DNA of 64,000 nt from Octopus sinensis (GCF_006345805.1 NC_042997.1:46500001-46564000), one strand, 5' to 3'. Positions 24,324 through 38,172 are shown, counted from the first letter of the stretch. A program made the numbers and translations. The notes: generated by a model from the sequence alone, not told the origin.

Positions 24324-25504
24324 CATTCTTTTCTACTCTAGACACAAGGCCCAAAATTTTGGCGGGGAGAGGGGCCAGTCTATTAGATCGACTCAAGTAC
24401 GTAACTGGTACTTAATTTATCGACCCCGAAATCATGCAAGGCAAAGTGACGTCGGCGGAATTTGAACTGAGAACGTAAAGACAGACGAAATATCTATTTC
24501 TTTACTACCCACAAGGGGCTAAACACAGAGAGGAGAAACAAGGACAGACAAACGGATTAAGTCGATTACATCGACACCAGTATGTATCTGGTACTTATTT
24601 ACTCGAACCCGAAAGGATGAAAGGCAAAGTCAACCTCGGCGGAATTGGAACTCGGAACTTAGCGGCAGACGAAATACCGCTAGACATTTCGCCCGGCGCG
24701 CTAAAGTTACTTTACTACACTAGGCACAAGGTCTGAAATATTTGGGGAGGGGCCAGTCGATTAGATAGACTCCAGTACACAACTGGTACTTAATTTACCC
24801 ATCCCGAAAGGATGAAAGGCAAAGTCGATCTCGGTGGAGTTTGAACTCAGAACGTAAAGGCAGAAGTACTGCTAAGCATTTCCCCCGGCGTGCTAACGTT
24901 TCTGCCATCTCGCCGCATTATAATCTTTTCTACTGGAGGCACAAGGCCCAAAATTTTAGGGGAGGGGGCAGCTGATTAGATCGACCATAATACGCAACCG
25001 GTACTTAATTTATCGTCTCCGAAAGGATGAAAGGCAAAGTGATCTCGGCGGAAATTGAACTGAGAACGTAAAGACAGACGAAATATCTATTTCTTTACTG
25101 CTCACAAGGGGCTACACACAGAGAGGAGAAACAAGGTCAGACAAACGGATTAAGTCGATTATATCGACCCCAGTGCGTAACTGGTACTTAATTAATCGAC
25201 CACGACACGATGAAAGGCAAAGCCGACCTTGGCGGAATTTGAACTCGGAACGTAACGGCTGATGAAATACATATTACTTTACTACCCACAAGAGGCTAAA
25301 CACAGAGGGGACAAACAAGGACAGACAAACGGATTAAGTCGATTACATCGACCCCAGTGCGTAACTGGTACTTAATTTATCGACCCCAAAAGGATGAAAG
25401 GCAAAGTCGACCTCGGTGGAATTTGAACTCAGAGCGTAACGGCAGACGAAATACCGCTAAGTATTTCGCCCGGTGTGCAAATGTTTCTACCAGCTCGCTG
25501 CTTT
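24324..25504 (-). mobile_element. Cluster of six head-to-tail family A SINE units
   Basis: Six repeats of the core ...aaggcaaag...cggcggaatttgaact... with tail1 or tail2. The 12-bp tatatcataata at 24312-24323 and 25505-25516 flanks the cluster. Confidence 0.9.
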
Positions 25505-26315
25505 TATATCATAATATATCAATTCATCGTTATTATATCTTATTGTATTTTTACATACATTCGAATCCTTTCGAATTTTAGCACTCCCTGTTCAATGGGT
25601 TTTTTACTCCCATGAGAAAATGGGGAGAAAGCTATCTCTAAGCCGGAGTAAATTGTAGAAACCCCTGAGGAGAAACGAAACATAATGGTTAAATTCCGAA
25701 ATCGTATGATACGGTTTTATCAAACTACTTCGTTCTGTGATTTTTATCTCGCTGATGAAAGATGTTGTGGCTCACTGCTCGAAGTCCCTGAACGCCTCAT
25801 GACGGTAGTGGTTTTGTGTAGCTATACGATTTGTCTATTTTAGCCCCTATTTCTAGCAATTGCAGGTGCTATTTTCACCCTTGTCTGTGTATTTTACCAT
25901 TTTAAATTCCTATAATTACCTATATTATAATGTATTTAATATATCATAATATACTAATTTATCGTTATAATTTCTTCTTGTAATTTTATACACACTCGAA
26001 CTTTTTTGAATTTAACCCTCGCTGTTCAACTTTTGTTTTTTCTTTCATGATCAATTGGGAAGCAAGGTATCTCTTTAAGATGGAATAAATAGTAGAAATC
26101 CCCGAGGAGAAACAAAACCCTATTGGTTAAATTTCGAAATCATATGATAGGGTTTTATCAAACTACTTCATTCTGTGAGTTTTATCCCGGCGGAGAAAGA
26201 TGTTGCTTGCCGCTTGCAGTCTCTAAGCATCTTATGACGTTAGTGATTCTATGTAGCTATTCGAGTTATATTTTTAGCTCCTATTTCTAGCACAATTGCA
26301 GGTGCTATTTTGCAC
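25505..26315. repeat. Diverged ~435-bp tandem repeat (about two units here plus a partial unit at 24234-24323)
   Basis: The marker tgcaggtgctattt occurs at 24234, 25861 and 26297. Shared blocks include gaggagaaac and ggttttatcaaactacttc.ttctgtga. Confidence 0.9.
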
Positions 26316-26316
26316 A

Positions 26317-26373
<57 letters not shown>

Positions 26374-26380
<7 letters not shown>

Positions 26381-26795
26381 TTTGACTATTTATTAAAATT
26401 TTATGTATTGATTAAGTCTTTCCTTGTTTGTTTTGCAAAATAGTGGTTTTGTCTCTAATAATATTTTATAATATTTTACTATAAAATTGGATTTAATCCT
26501 AAATCTGATTTTTTTCCCTGTAAATTTGGATTTATTCCCTAATATTATTATTATTATATATATATATATATATTATATATATATATATTATATATATATA
26601 TATATATATAAAATATTTTGACTATTTATTAAAATTTTATGTATTGATTAAGTCTTTCCTTGTTTGTTTTGCAAAATAGTGGTTTTGTCTCTAATAATAT
26701 TTTATAATATTTTACTATAAAATTGGATTTAATCCTAAATCTGATTTTTTTCCCTGTAAATTTGGATTTATTCCCTAATATTATTATTATTATAT

Positions 26796-26800
<5 letters not shown>
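26374..26800. repeat. Perfect 236-bp-period tandem duplication bounded by (TA)n
   Basis: aaaatattttgactatttatt... starts at 26374 and 26610. The non-TA parts appear identical. Confidence 0.95.
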
Positions 26801-26839
<39 letters not shown>

Positions 26840-26959
26840 TACCTCCACGCCTTGTGAGTAGATTTCTTAAAAGAAACTGAAAGAAAGTCCGTTGTATATG
26901 TATATCTATATACATATATGTATATATGTATATATGTACGTGTGTGTCTGTGTGTCTGT

Positions 26960-27170
26960 ATGTGCCTCTGTCTGTGTTTATTTGTCAAATACCACCGCTT
27001 GACAACCGTTGTCAGTGTGTTTATATCCCCTGCGTAAGCGATTCGGCAAAGAAACCGATAGAAAAAGTGCTAAACTTAAAAAAATAAGCCCTGCGCTCAA
27101 TTTGCTCCCCTAAAAGCTTCAAGCGGTGCTCCAGTATAGCCGCAGTCAAATGACTGAAAGAAGTAAAAAA
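26960..27170 (+). mobile_element. Family C SINE 3' fragment
   Basis: cgcttgacaaccg...gcggtgctccagtatagccgcagtcaaatgactgaaa. Confidence 0.75.
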
Positions 27171-27499
27171 TATACACACATATATAGATATATATATGTT
27201 TGTGCGCGTATGTATGGTTGTATGAAAAGAGGAATGACCTGGTGATTAGGGTCTTGAACTAATGATCACAAGGTCGTGCTCTGGCTTCCCAGATCGGCGA
27301 TACGTTGTGTTCTGGAGTAAATCATTTCAATTCGTGCGTCTCCAGGCTACTGTGCTGTAAAAACGGCGCAACTCAGATATCTGGGGTAATATCATTTAGA
27401 AGCTACAACGATGCAAGTAAGCGCATTGTGATTAGCAGTGTAGAACAATGTGAACAACCGATTGCGTAGGCGATACAGAGATGCACACACACACATAAA

Positions 27500-27550
<51 letters not shown>

Positions 27551-28770
27551 ATGCAATGTCGTAAGAGGCTGCGCTGAATGAAATATATTCACATCAAGTC
27601 ATATTCAACCTGTTCAGTGCGATCGGATGTAAGAAGACCTTCCGTTACGCAACTAGTCCCCAAAGAAGGATTTCCTCTTAAATATGTGTAAAAGCACAAT
27701 GAGGAAGTGAATGACGCCATTGGATAGTGCGAATCACGCGTGTCTGTGTCGTTTGAATTTGTCAGTTACGAACACCATATCTGACATTCACGGCCCAGTC
27801 AGAATAAAATTATTCAAATGAACATATGACGATGTGCGCAAAGATTGTTCATTTACGCCAAATGAGCCAATATAATATGTATCAGACCTAACATAGGTAC
27901 TGGAGTAGATTTGGTCCACTAAACCTTTCAGACGGTGTCCAAACATGACCGTAGAAGAAGCCAGTGAAAGAGGACTGTATGTATAGAGCTATATAGATGC
28001 AAATATATGAAAACATGCTGATATAACTATAGAATCAACATTGTACGACTGTGCGGCTAAAGGGGATATAACTCTGATCTTTCTTCTTTCTTTCCTTTTT
28101 TCATTTCCCGCTTTCCCAACATTCCACATTTTCAACCCACCGTCATCTCATTTTCTCTTGTGATTCTTTTTATACTATTTATTATCCTGATTTGTAAATA
28201 TTATCGGCCATGGTACCCAAAGCCTGTAGATTACTTAGAGATATGAAGCATGTTTTGAAAACCTGCCTAGATAATATCTTCAATGTATGAAACTATTTGT
28301 AGTTCATAACTATATGTTGTGCACATTAAACAATATACATCTCTCACCAGATGAAGTACTTGTTTTGTTGATCTTTCCGTCAGGGAAAATTAATCCACTC
28401 ATAATTATATATATTCATATACTTGAGCATATGCACATATATATGAATATACATGCACACACACAAGCATGTCCGTTCATAAATGTATGTACACATGCAC
28501 ACGTATACTTACATATACACGTATTTGCATAAACATCCATATGTGAAAAATATACACATACAAAACAAGGTAAGCACACACACTCACAAATGCATACGCA
28601 CACTCTTGAGAAAATTATCAACAACATAAGTTCTTGTATGTTCATACTGTCGAGCGCAAACGGGCCCTTAAATGAATACATTTATGCTTGGGTTTTTTTC
28701 GTACTCAAATGCAAGTACAACAAATTCACCAAATGCGTAATGATGAGGATGATAATAACAGTAATGAAAA

Positions 28771-28816
<46 letters not shown>

Positions 28817-29380
28817 GATGTTCTAATTTCAAAATTATACAAATGCATGAATACACCAAAATGTATTGATATATGGATATAAATCCACCAATGAATAATC
28901 ACTCAACAAATATATTGGAAAAATATAAGAATATAAAATATTAAAAGGAAAATAAATTTAGAAAAATTACGCAAAAATTAAAAATGTGAAATATGATTTA
29001 ACAATTGGTTGACAATTGGTTAAATTTTATAAAAATTGGTTAAAATTATAAAATTTATCTCTTTAGAAATTATGAAATTTTTTTTTGTATAAAAAACTAA
29101 AATAGCTTTACAAATGCCATAAATATTAAGTGCGTAAGATTTGTATGATAATTTAATAACTGCTGTGCTGGTCCACTAGCATTATACGGATGTGTGTGTG
29201 TGTGTGTGTGTGCGTGTGTTGGTATATATACTCACACACGCACACGCACACACAAAGGAATGTATGTTTGCATATGTGTCTACGAATGCGCGTGAGTGTA
29301 TTTTGTGAGAATATGTACACATACACAAAAATCGAGCATTCACATACACACACACACACAGACAACACATACACACACAA

Positions 29381-29431
<51 letters not shown>

Positions 29432-29471
29432 TATTATTATTATTATCATTATTATTATTAATATTATTATC

Positions 29472-29503
<32 letters not shown>

Positions 29504-29507
29504 CTTT

Positions 29508-29551
<44 letters not shown>

Positions 29552-29576
29552 TATTGTTGTTGTTGTTGTTGTTATT
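29381..29576. repeat. Compound (ATT)n(ATC)n(GTT)n microsatellite
   Basis: Direct reading. Confidence 0.95.
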
Positions 29577-30052
29577 TCAAAAATTGAAAGAAACAAAGCT
29601 ACCCTTGTGAATTGTGTTTCTTTCGATTTATATATTTATTCAGCGAAATAAATACGTAACTACAATCTAGCATATATAGAGTGCTCCATCTTTTATTGTG
29701 GATGTCCCTGGATTTTAAGCGTGAGCAAACGCGTCAACTTACATGATTTATGGGTGAGCTTGCTTGCTTGTTTGTGCGTGTCTTTACGTGTGTGTGTGTT
29801 TATGTGTGTGTGTGTGTGCGTACGCGTGTAAACAAGCTTTTCTGGAAGGTTAGTGTTTGTTGAGGCGGTACTGGGAGTGACATGTCCGTAGGCATCTCAG
29901 GTGAACTTGCATTAGCTGACTTTGCATACCGACGTGCTACAAGGGAAAAATTAATAATGGTTTCGAATGTAGACACAAGGTTAGCCATTTGGGGCGTCTG
30001 TCAACTGAAATATTTGATGTTATCAACTGTGGAGGGATGAACGGCAACGCCT

Positions 30053-30089
30053 AACAACAACAACAACAACGACGATGATGATGATGTTG

Positions 30090-30126
<37 letters not shown>

Positions 30127-30128
30127 TC

Positions 30129-30185
<57 letters not shown>

Positions 30186-30228
30186 GCAACAACAACAACA
30201 ATAATAATAATAATGATGATGATAATAA
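30053..30228. repeat. Compound (AAC)n(GAT)n(AAT)n microsatellite
   Basis: Direct reading. Confidence 0.95.
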
Positions 30229-30229
30229 A

Positions 30230-30557
30230 TACCCTGATGCAGTACCAGGTAGTGGCTCTCATGGTGTCTCATCTTAACTAATTGGAAATGCTATCATGTG
30301 CATTGTTTTGTCTTGGTATAAAAATGGGTTGCAGCAAATATTCCTCTCGATACCACATATTTGCTTTTCAGTTGTTTGAATTGAACCGGTTGAGAATGTC
30401 CTTTAGTGGCTGACGCTATGTGCATCTGTGATCAAGAGCAGACGTAGTGAGGGAGCATCATAGCCACGTGTTGAGAGGAATTCTTTGGGGTTTGGATAAT
30501 TCACCTTTGGAATCATGGGTTTCGTTCAACATACTTAATCTTTATTCAGGGACCTTT
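30230..30557. mobile_element. AAT-flanked non-coding dispersed element (family G), partial
   Basis: ccctgatgcagtaccaggtagtggctctcatgg... matches 30579-30690, 37263-37719 and 38185-38300. Confidence 0.8.
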
Positions 30558-30578
30558 TATAATAATATTAATAATAAA

Positions 30579-30689
30579 TGTCCTGATGCAGTACCCGGCA
30601 GTAGCTCTCGTGGCTTCTGATCTTACCTGATTGGAAGTGTTATCATGTACATTGTTTTGTCTCGGATGGGCCACACCAAATATTCTGAT

Positions 30690-30690
<1 letters not shown>
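30579..30690. mobile_element. Family G element, short partial copy
   Basis: tcctgatgcagtacccggcagtagctctcgtggcttctgatc immediately after aataataa. Confidence 0.75.
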
Positions 30691-30732
<42 letters not shown>

Positions 30733-31048
30733 CAAAAGAAATACCTTCCCCTAGGTACACCGCTAGAGCAGCATGTGCATAAAAATCTAAAGAAATGGAA
30801 CGCAATATTTCTATATGAAAACAACAAACATGTGAGTAAAATTAAAAATTTTTAAAAATTCTAAATTTTAATTACATATACATCCATATTTAAAGAAGAT
30901 CTCTATGTATATGCTGTATATTCATGGTCTCTCGCTGATACATCAGTAATAATTACTACAACGCAAAATCAATGAAAGAAAACTGTCTTGATGTGAGCCA
31001 TCTCGGGAAACTGAAAGATTTTTCTTGTATGGAGTACACACACACACA

Positions 31049-31107
<59 letters not shown>

Positions 31108-31759
31108 GTATATACATATATATATATACAGGCAATAGTTTCCCCCAGATACACTGCCCAGCGGCATGTCCATGAAAATGTAAAGCCATGGTCTTCAGTG
31201 TTTCTATAGGAGAACTGCAAGCCTCTAAGTAAAATGTTGAGCACATTGCTGCTTCTCCTCGGTCTCTTGTTGATACATCAATAATAAATTTAACTACGAA
31301 AGAAACATTAACACATATCCTTGGGCGGTGTTCAGTTGAAAATGTAAACGCTGTAAAAACGGACCCAGGAACCAGAACAAAACCATCCAAAAGATGGTGG
31401 AAACATAACCATAAATATTATGAAATAGCTGATTTGTGATTTACATACGCTTCTATGCACTACTCCACCAGAATCATACAGCAATGAGCCCATACTGTAA
31501 ATACTTAACGAAATGAACAAAACTCTCAACATGTGCCATAGAAGGCCGATACCCGAAGTGAGAACACATCCTGCGCATCAGAAGACTCAAACTAACCCCC
31601 ATAACAAAACATACTAATACAATAAAAAGATGAAGCACACACCACCCTACCAACATAAAGGTGCCACAAATGATGCTATAGAAAGTTTCTAAAAACTATC
31701 AGATGTCGAAAAATGATAGAGGAGATGACGATGGTGACGAACTTTACCCTATTTCAGTT

Positions 31760-33380
31760 TACGAGAGACAGGATAGCGATGCAGTGCGATTTAGAAAGTG
31801 AAGCTAAAAGATGGGGCTATAGAAAATGAATGTTAACAGTTTGGGTAGAGAGGGATATTTTTAAAGTGACTGAACAGAGATTAGTAGATCAAGATAATGC
31901 TATTAGGAGAAAGTGGATAACAGAAGCGGTGATAAGAGAGAGAGCACAACAGAACTGGAAAAGAAAGACCAGGCAGTAGGAAAGACAAACAGTAATATAA
32001 GAGATACAGCTCACACCAAAGAAGAAACTAAAGGAAAAAAATAATAATAGCGCTACCAATAAGGAAAGGACAACTGGCACCAGCGACTTAAGTGATTTAA
32101 GTGAAGAATGTCAGAAAATTTGAGATTAGTTGCAGGAAGTAATGAGTAGAGAAGTAAGAAAAATATTGCCAGCATTGAATGGCACCAACAGAAGGAAATT
32201 GCTAGAAAAGACGAGGAAAGTAAATTCTGTTATGAGTAAGATAGACACTAAAAATATAGGAGACACTAACTTGTTGATCTATGCAGGAATGGTAGTAGTC
32301 ACCAGATATCTCACAGGGAAAGATTTAAAAAGAGCAAATATGGAAAAGGAAACCACAAAGTAAAGTGAAGACTTTAAGGCAAGATCTGAGTAGAATAGAC
32401 GCCTGGAAACTGAAGAAGTTTGGAAATACAAGATGCAAATCTTCCCTAGAGAAAAGATACTAAGTCAAAGAGAAACGATTTAGGACAATAATAGAAGAGT
32501 TGAAACAGCGTATCATAGCAGCAGCAGGCAATATTTCTAGATGTCAGAAAAGAATAGATCAGTATCGACAAAATAGATTATTTGACACAGACCACAGGAG
32601 ATTTTATATCCAAATAAAAAGTGGAAAAGTACTGAAGATGAGAAACTTAATGCAGGAGGAGCGAGAAAGTCCTGGAGTAGTATCTGGGATAATCCAGTCA
32701 ATCATAATGGAGATGCAGATTGGTTAAAGAAAGTGAGGGTAAAAGTAGTGTGTGAGAAGCAGTCAGATCTAACAAGCTAGTACATTTATAAGTAAAATGT
32801 TTGGGAAAATGCCGAATTGGAAGGACCCAGGAACAGATTTAGTTCAAAGGTACTGGTTAAAGAAATATACTAGTTTACGTGGGAGGCTGAGAGAACATCT
32901 TCAGTATTGCATTAGTGGAGCAGATTGGATGATTAGAGGGAAGACAATACGCATTATGAATGATAAGAGAAAGGTTAATGCAGCTAATAACCACAGACCA
33001 ATCACTTGCTTACATTACTGTGGAAACTTTTAAGATGAATATTTAAAGACAGCTTTTACGAGCACATTGACAACCAGAATTTACTGCCAGAGGAACAGAA
33101 AGGTTATAGGAAGCAGGCTAGAGGAACGTATGATCTGTTATATATAGAAAATGCGGTTCTACATGAAGTAAAAGCTAGAAAGACAAATCTAACATTAACA
33201 TGGATAGATTATAGAAAAGCCTATGACACAATCCCATACTCATGGATAAGTGAATGTTTGAATATACTCAGTATAGTACAGAACAAAAGAATATTAATTA
33301 GCATAAAGAAATGAAAGGTTGGTCTTTAGTCTAGTGATACACACCTAGAGTAAGTTAATATCAAAAGAAGAATATTTCCC
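31760..33380 (+). mobile_element. Degenerate R4/Dong-like RLE LINE (N-terminus to mid-RT)
   Basis: GYRK..VTEQRLVDQ (N-terminal), YRQNRLF, PGTDLVQRYWLKK, NHRPITCL, WIDYRKAYD. It ends at VNIKRRIF, just before the QGD motif. Confidence 0.85.
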
Positions 33381-36300
33381 AACATGAACCTAGTGAAGTA
33401 CTAGAAAGTAAGAAATACAAGATTGCTCGTCCTATGGCTAATCTGGAAGCGCATCCCCCAGGAGAGAGCCAGCCTTGGGTCGAAAAGACATCCACCGGTA
33501 CAAACTCTTATCTCAATACGAACATGTATGGCCACTTGAATGGAAACTGCCCCAACTCGAGCCCTCCAAGTCCGCCATCACACTCACCTAAGAAAGAAAA
33601 CTGTAAGAGGATCCAATGGACCCGAGGAGAGTCTACAAAAGTAATATTCGTCTATTACTATGAATTATGCAAGCCATCTGAAGAGAAAGACACCAGACAC
33701 TCTTATGAAATATGGAGAACACGAAATCAAAACAGGAGACTATATTTGTACGAAAACAAGTTAGCAAATGTTAGGGGGGTTATCTTCAGAAATAAAAGAC
33801 TCACAGATAGTGAAATAACTGAGATCGAGCATGGAGCGGAAAATGACCAAAATATAAAATAGAAAGGAAATGAATAACCAAAATGAAGAGACCAGCTCTC
33901 AACGAGTCTCAATTGAAAGAGTGCCATCTGACCAGAACACGCAAACGTCTGGAGAAATAAATTGTAATGAACCTGAAAAAGATAATGAGAAAAGAGGTAA
34001 AAAAAAAACAATATTTGAAGATTACACAATTAGTGAAGAACATAGAGAGTCTCTGATAGAACTGAAGCAGAAAATCTTGAATAAGCTTGCAGTTGTTGTA
34101 AGACACGCCAATTTGCATTATGGAGAACTACTTCATAAGCTCTCAAATACAATCCAAAATAGAAAACAAATAAAAATTGGTTACTATTTAACAAAGGAAA
34201 TTATACAAAAAATAAAACTAGATCTCACTGAATTAAATGAAATTATTTACGCAGCTGCTAAGACAATTGAAACCAGTTGTATATCCCGGAAAAGACAAAG
34301 AAATACAAACCTGAGAAGAATTCCAAACTGGAGAAGTGAAATTGAAAAAGAGATCGAAATAATGAGAGGTGAAATATCAATATTGAATGAACTAATCTGT
34401 GGAAACATTGTAACAACCAGAAAAGGAAGAAAGATGAAGAGAAAACATTCTTTCCAAAAAAAGAACTGTTTCAGCAAAAGATACACTGCAGCAAAAAGTC
34501 CAAGCAAAATCTCGAAGAATACGAAGACTTGAGAAGAGAAACAAATTTTACTAACAAAATAAGCTGTTAACGTCCAATGCGAAACATTCTACAGAGAAAT
34601 AGGGAAGGAGAAAACAACCGTTGAAGACCGTCCCCTTGCCATGAGAGAAGCTGAAACTTTCTGAAAAAATATCTGGAGTAATGAAAGTGCAGACTGGATT
34701 ACATGCAGAGAAATATCCTTCCAAAATTTACCAGAGCAAGCATGGGAAGTCACCACAATAGCAGACCTTGGAATGACACTCACGAAGATTCATCAGTAGA
34801 AATCCTTTTGTAATGAGAGGGTTCCAAATTTCTGGCTCGCCTCACTCCCGTGCACACACAAAATGTTAGTCCAGTTATTCAATGGAATTATGAGAGTTCC
34901 TACGAAAACACCTGACTAGTTATCAAGAGATATTACTTACCTACTTCCGAAGAATAATGAAACCAAATTTCCAGAAAACTATCGGCCCATAATATGTCTA
35001 TATCGCACATATAAAATTTTGACATCGATCCTCCTGGAGAAAACATACAAATTTAGGAAAAAGAATGATATTTTTCCCACTGAAAAGAGGGGTGATGACG
35101 AGGCTCATATGGATGCAAAGACCAACTGTTAATCAGTTGCATGATCCCTGAGAACTGTCATAACAAACACGGAAATCTCTGTTGTGTATGGATTGATTAT
35201 AAAAAGGCCTTCGACTGCATACTGCGTAACTTCGAATGCATACTGCATTCATGGATCTTGAAAGCGATGGATATCTTTAAAATGTCTCTTGTCATTACCA
35301 GCTTCCTGAAGCACAACATGTCTATTTGGAATACAAATCTCCTGTTATACCACTCTAATGGAATACTGACCACAAAAATATTAATTAATATTAATTAAAT
35401 CAACTGCGGCATCCTTAGTTTTCTGCATAGCTCTAATACTCCTTACAAGTGAACTTAACAGAACAAAGTATGGATATAAAATTGGCGACAAGAAAATAAG
35501 TCATCGATTTTATGTGGATGACTTAAAACTCGATGGCAAAGACGATAATAAGCTTGAAGGAATACTACGTACTGTGAAAGCATTCAGTGATGAGATTAGG
35601 ATGGAATTTGGTCTTCATAAATGTGCCAAGGTCACTTTCCAGAAATGGAAACTGAAGATCTCACGTTCAGTGGTGTTGGATGTTGACAGTCTTAAAAGAA
35701 CTCGAGCAGGAACAAACTTACAAATACCTCGGAATAAACGAAGGTTCTGGCATTCAACATGTAAGAATGAAGAAGAAGATCAGGAAAGAGTGTTACGGGA
35801 GAGATCGAGTAGTCCTAAAATCCAACTTAAATGCACACAACAAGGTTTTAGCTATAAATTCTTTAGCAGTTGCGGTTGTTATTTATAGTTTCAATGTATT
35901 GAACTGGAATATGAGCGAAAGAAGGAAGATTGACAGGAAAATCCGACGTATAGTAAGATGCACCACGTAGAGGCAGGCACAGATCGTCTTTACCTATCCA
36001 GAGCTCAAGGATGTTGAGGCTTGATCCAATTTGAAATCTCCTACAAAACCACCACAATTGGACTGGCATAGTATCTTGAAACATCTAAGGACTAGAAGCT
36101 AATGCTTGTTGAAAATCATGAAAGGCGTAAGAAGCTTCATTCTGTCATGAAGGAGAGTAAAATATTTTCAAGTGAGCTTATGCATAATACACACGTTGAA
36201 CAGCATGATGGAATTGCAGCAACTGAAGTTGCAAAGAAGCTGAAATCAATAGCAAAGCAAAATGCGTTTGAAGAATTGTCTGTTAAGTGGGAGCAAACAC

Positions 36301-37260
36301 CTGTGTATGGCAAATATGTGGCCCGTAGCAAACAAGCTGATGTAGACCAGAAGCACACACATCAGTGGCTATAGAGCTCAGGACTAAAGGCAGAGAGTGA
36401 AGGCTTTATCTTGGCTGCCCAAGATCAGAGCTTATTGACCCAGAACTATCAAGTTAATGTGATGAAAATGGTGTGGATCCAAAGTGCTGATTCTGCAACA
36501 GTGGACCATCTAATCTCTGGACGTAAGGTTTTAGCACCTGTAGAGTACACATCAAGACATGACACAGTTGGCCAATATCTACACTGGATGTGTCCGCATT
36601 ATAAAATGAAAACTGATGACAAATGGTTCGAGCACCACCCTGAGGTTGTAACTGAGGGAGAAAATGTAGCAATTGTTTGGGACATCCCACTATCTACAGA
36701 TTGGACCCTCAAAGTAAATAACCAGATATTGTTGTGAAAGACCGAAGCAATAAAGTATGTTTATTGATTGACATGAACATACCTTGTGACCATAATATCT
36801 TGACACCAGCATTTTATAAACTCAGAAAGTATGAAGATTTGCTGATTGAAATGGAACAGATATGGCATCTCAAGATGGTTGCATTACCAATGATTGTAGG
36901 AACACTTGGAATGATCAGTAAATGAAAATTATTTAAGAATGCTCCCTAGATTACTATGCATACAGGAAGTGCAAAAGATTGTCAGACATATTAAGAAGAG
37001 CATTGTCGCTCTGCATTTTCTTTCCCTTTTCCCTCTTTATTTTCTTTGTTTACTTTTTTATTATTTTATTATTTAATTTTTCTCACTGTTTTTCTTCTCA
37101 CTTTTCTCTATAACAGGACTTTGTAAATGAAGCATTTGGTGTGTTTATTTTAATGGCCTACCAATGTATAGAGTGCATTTCTCTGTCCTAGATGCCAGGA
37201 AGACACTCAGTGAGAAATGGAAACATTTGAAAGAAGATGAAAATGAAAATAATAATAATA
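33381..37260 (+). mobile_element. Near full-length R4/Dong-like RLE non-LTR retrotransposon (frameshifted, inactive)
   Basis: The ORF from 33434 includes the IQWTRGES...ENKLANVR N-terminal block. RT motifs: NYRPI, WIDYKKAFD (~35190), FYVDDLKL (~35510), YKYLGI. Also a degenerate CCHC (DPKC*FCN..VDHLISG), RHDTV, PDI.VKD...LID endonuclease, a 3'UTR and an (AAT)n tail. Confidence 0.92.
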
Positions 37261-37262
37261 AA

Positions 37263-37719
37263 TGCTTTGATGCAGTACCAGGCAGTGGCTCTCATGGCTT
37301 CTCATCTTAGCTGATTGGAAGTGTTATCATGTACATTGTTTTGTCTTGGTAGATTTGCTTGTCAGTTGTTTGACCTCATGCACTTGCGCATGTCCCTTAG
37401 TCGCTGACGATATGTGCATCTCTGATCACGAGCAGAAGTAGTGGGTTAGCACGATAGCCATATGTTGAGAGGAATTTTGGGGGGTTTAAATAATTCAGCA
37501 CACTCAACCTTTATTCAGGGAATTTTTGAGCGGAATAGGCTTCCCCACCTGCAAGGTTATATGCCGTTTATCTTGAGATGAGATCACCATGTCTCTCACA
37601 TATAGTTGTGATGGATGTGTCTGGTGTACCCTTATTAGACAGGTGGTCATAATGGGTATACTGGGCTCCGTGTATTTTACCGCAGTGTCAATTTGATGGC
37701 ATGCACTGCTCTCTTACTC
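37263..37719. mobile_element. Family G element, near complete, flanked by AAT repeats
   Basis: Starts after aataataataa. Ends gcatgcactgctctcttactc followed by aataattataat. Confidence 0.85.
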
Positions 37720-37744
37720 AATAATTATAATCATGGTAATAATC

Positions 37745-38172
37745 ATTTCTACAACAGGCAGAAGACATGAAGTTTGGTTGGAGAGAACTAGTCGATTATA
37801 TTGAGCCCTGTGTTTCACTGGTACTTAATCTATCGACCGCGAAAGGATGAAAGGAAAACTCGACGTCGGCCGGACTTGAAATCACAACTATGTGACGGGC
37901 GAAATCCCGCTAAGCTTTTCGTCCAGCGTGCTAACAATTCATATTTCTTTACTGCCCACAAGGGGCTACACACAGAAGGGACAAACAAGGACAAACAAAC
38001 GGATTAAGTCGATTATATCGACCCCAGTGCGTAACTGGTACTTATTTAATCTACCCTGAAAGGATGAAAGGCCAAGTCAACCTCACCGCAACTTGAACTC
38101 ACAACTTTGTGACGGGCGTAATTCCAATGAGCATATCGTCCAGCGTGCTAACAATTCTGCCAGCTCGCCGCC
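37745..38172 (-). mobile_element. Family A SINE dimer
   Basis: Two cores, tail2 and tail1. Head cagctcgccgcc at 38161-38172. Confidence 0.85.

Noticed and set aside
24324-25504. CRISPR-like repeat array
   Set aside because: The units are SINE cores with tails, there are no unique spacers or cas genes, and the context is eukaryotic.
25664-25690. CTGAGGA-G-AAA-C-GAAAC in the 435-bp repeat
   Set aside because: Stem II is only 1 bp, stem I does not pair, and the motif is not conserved in the next unit.
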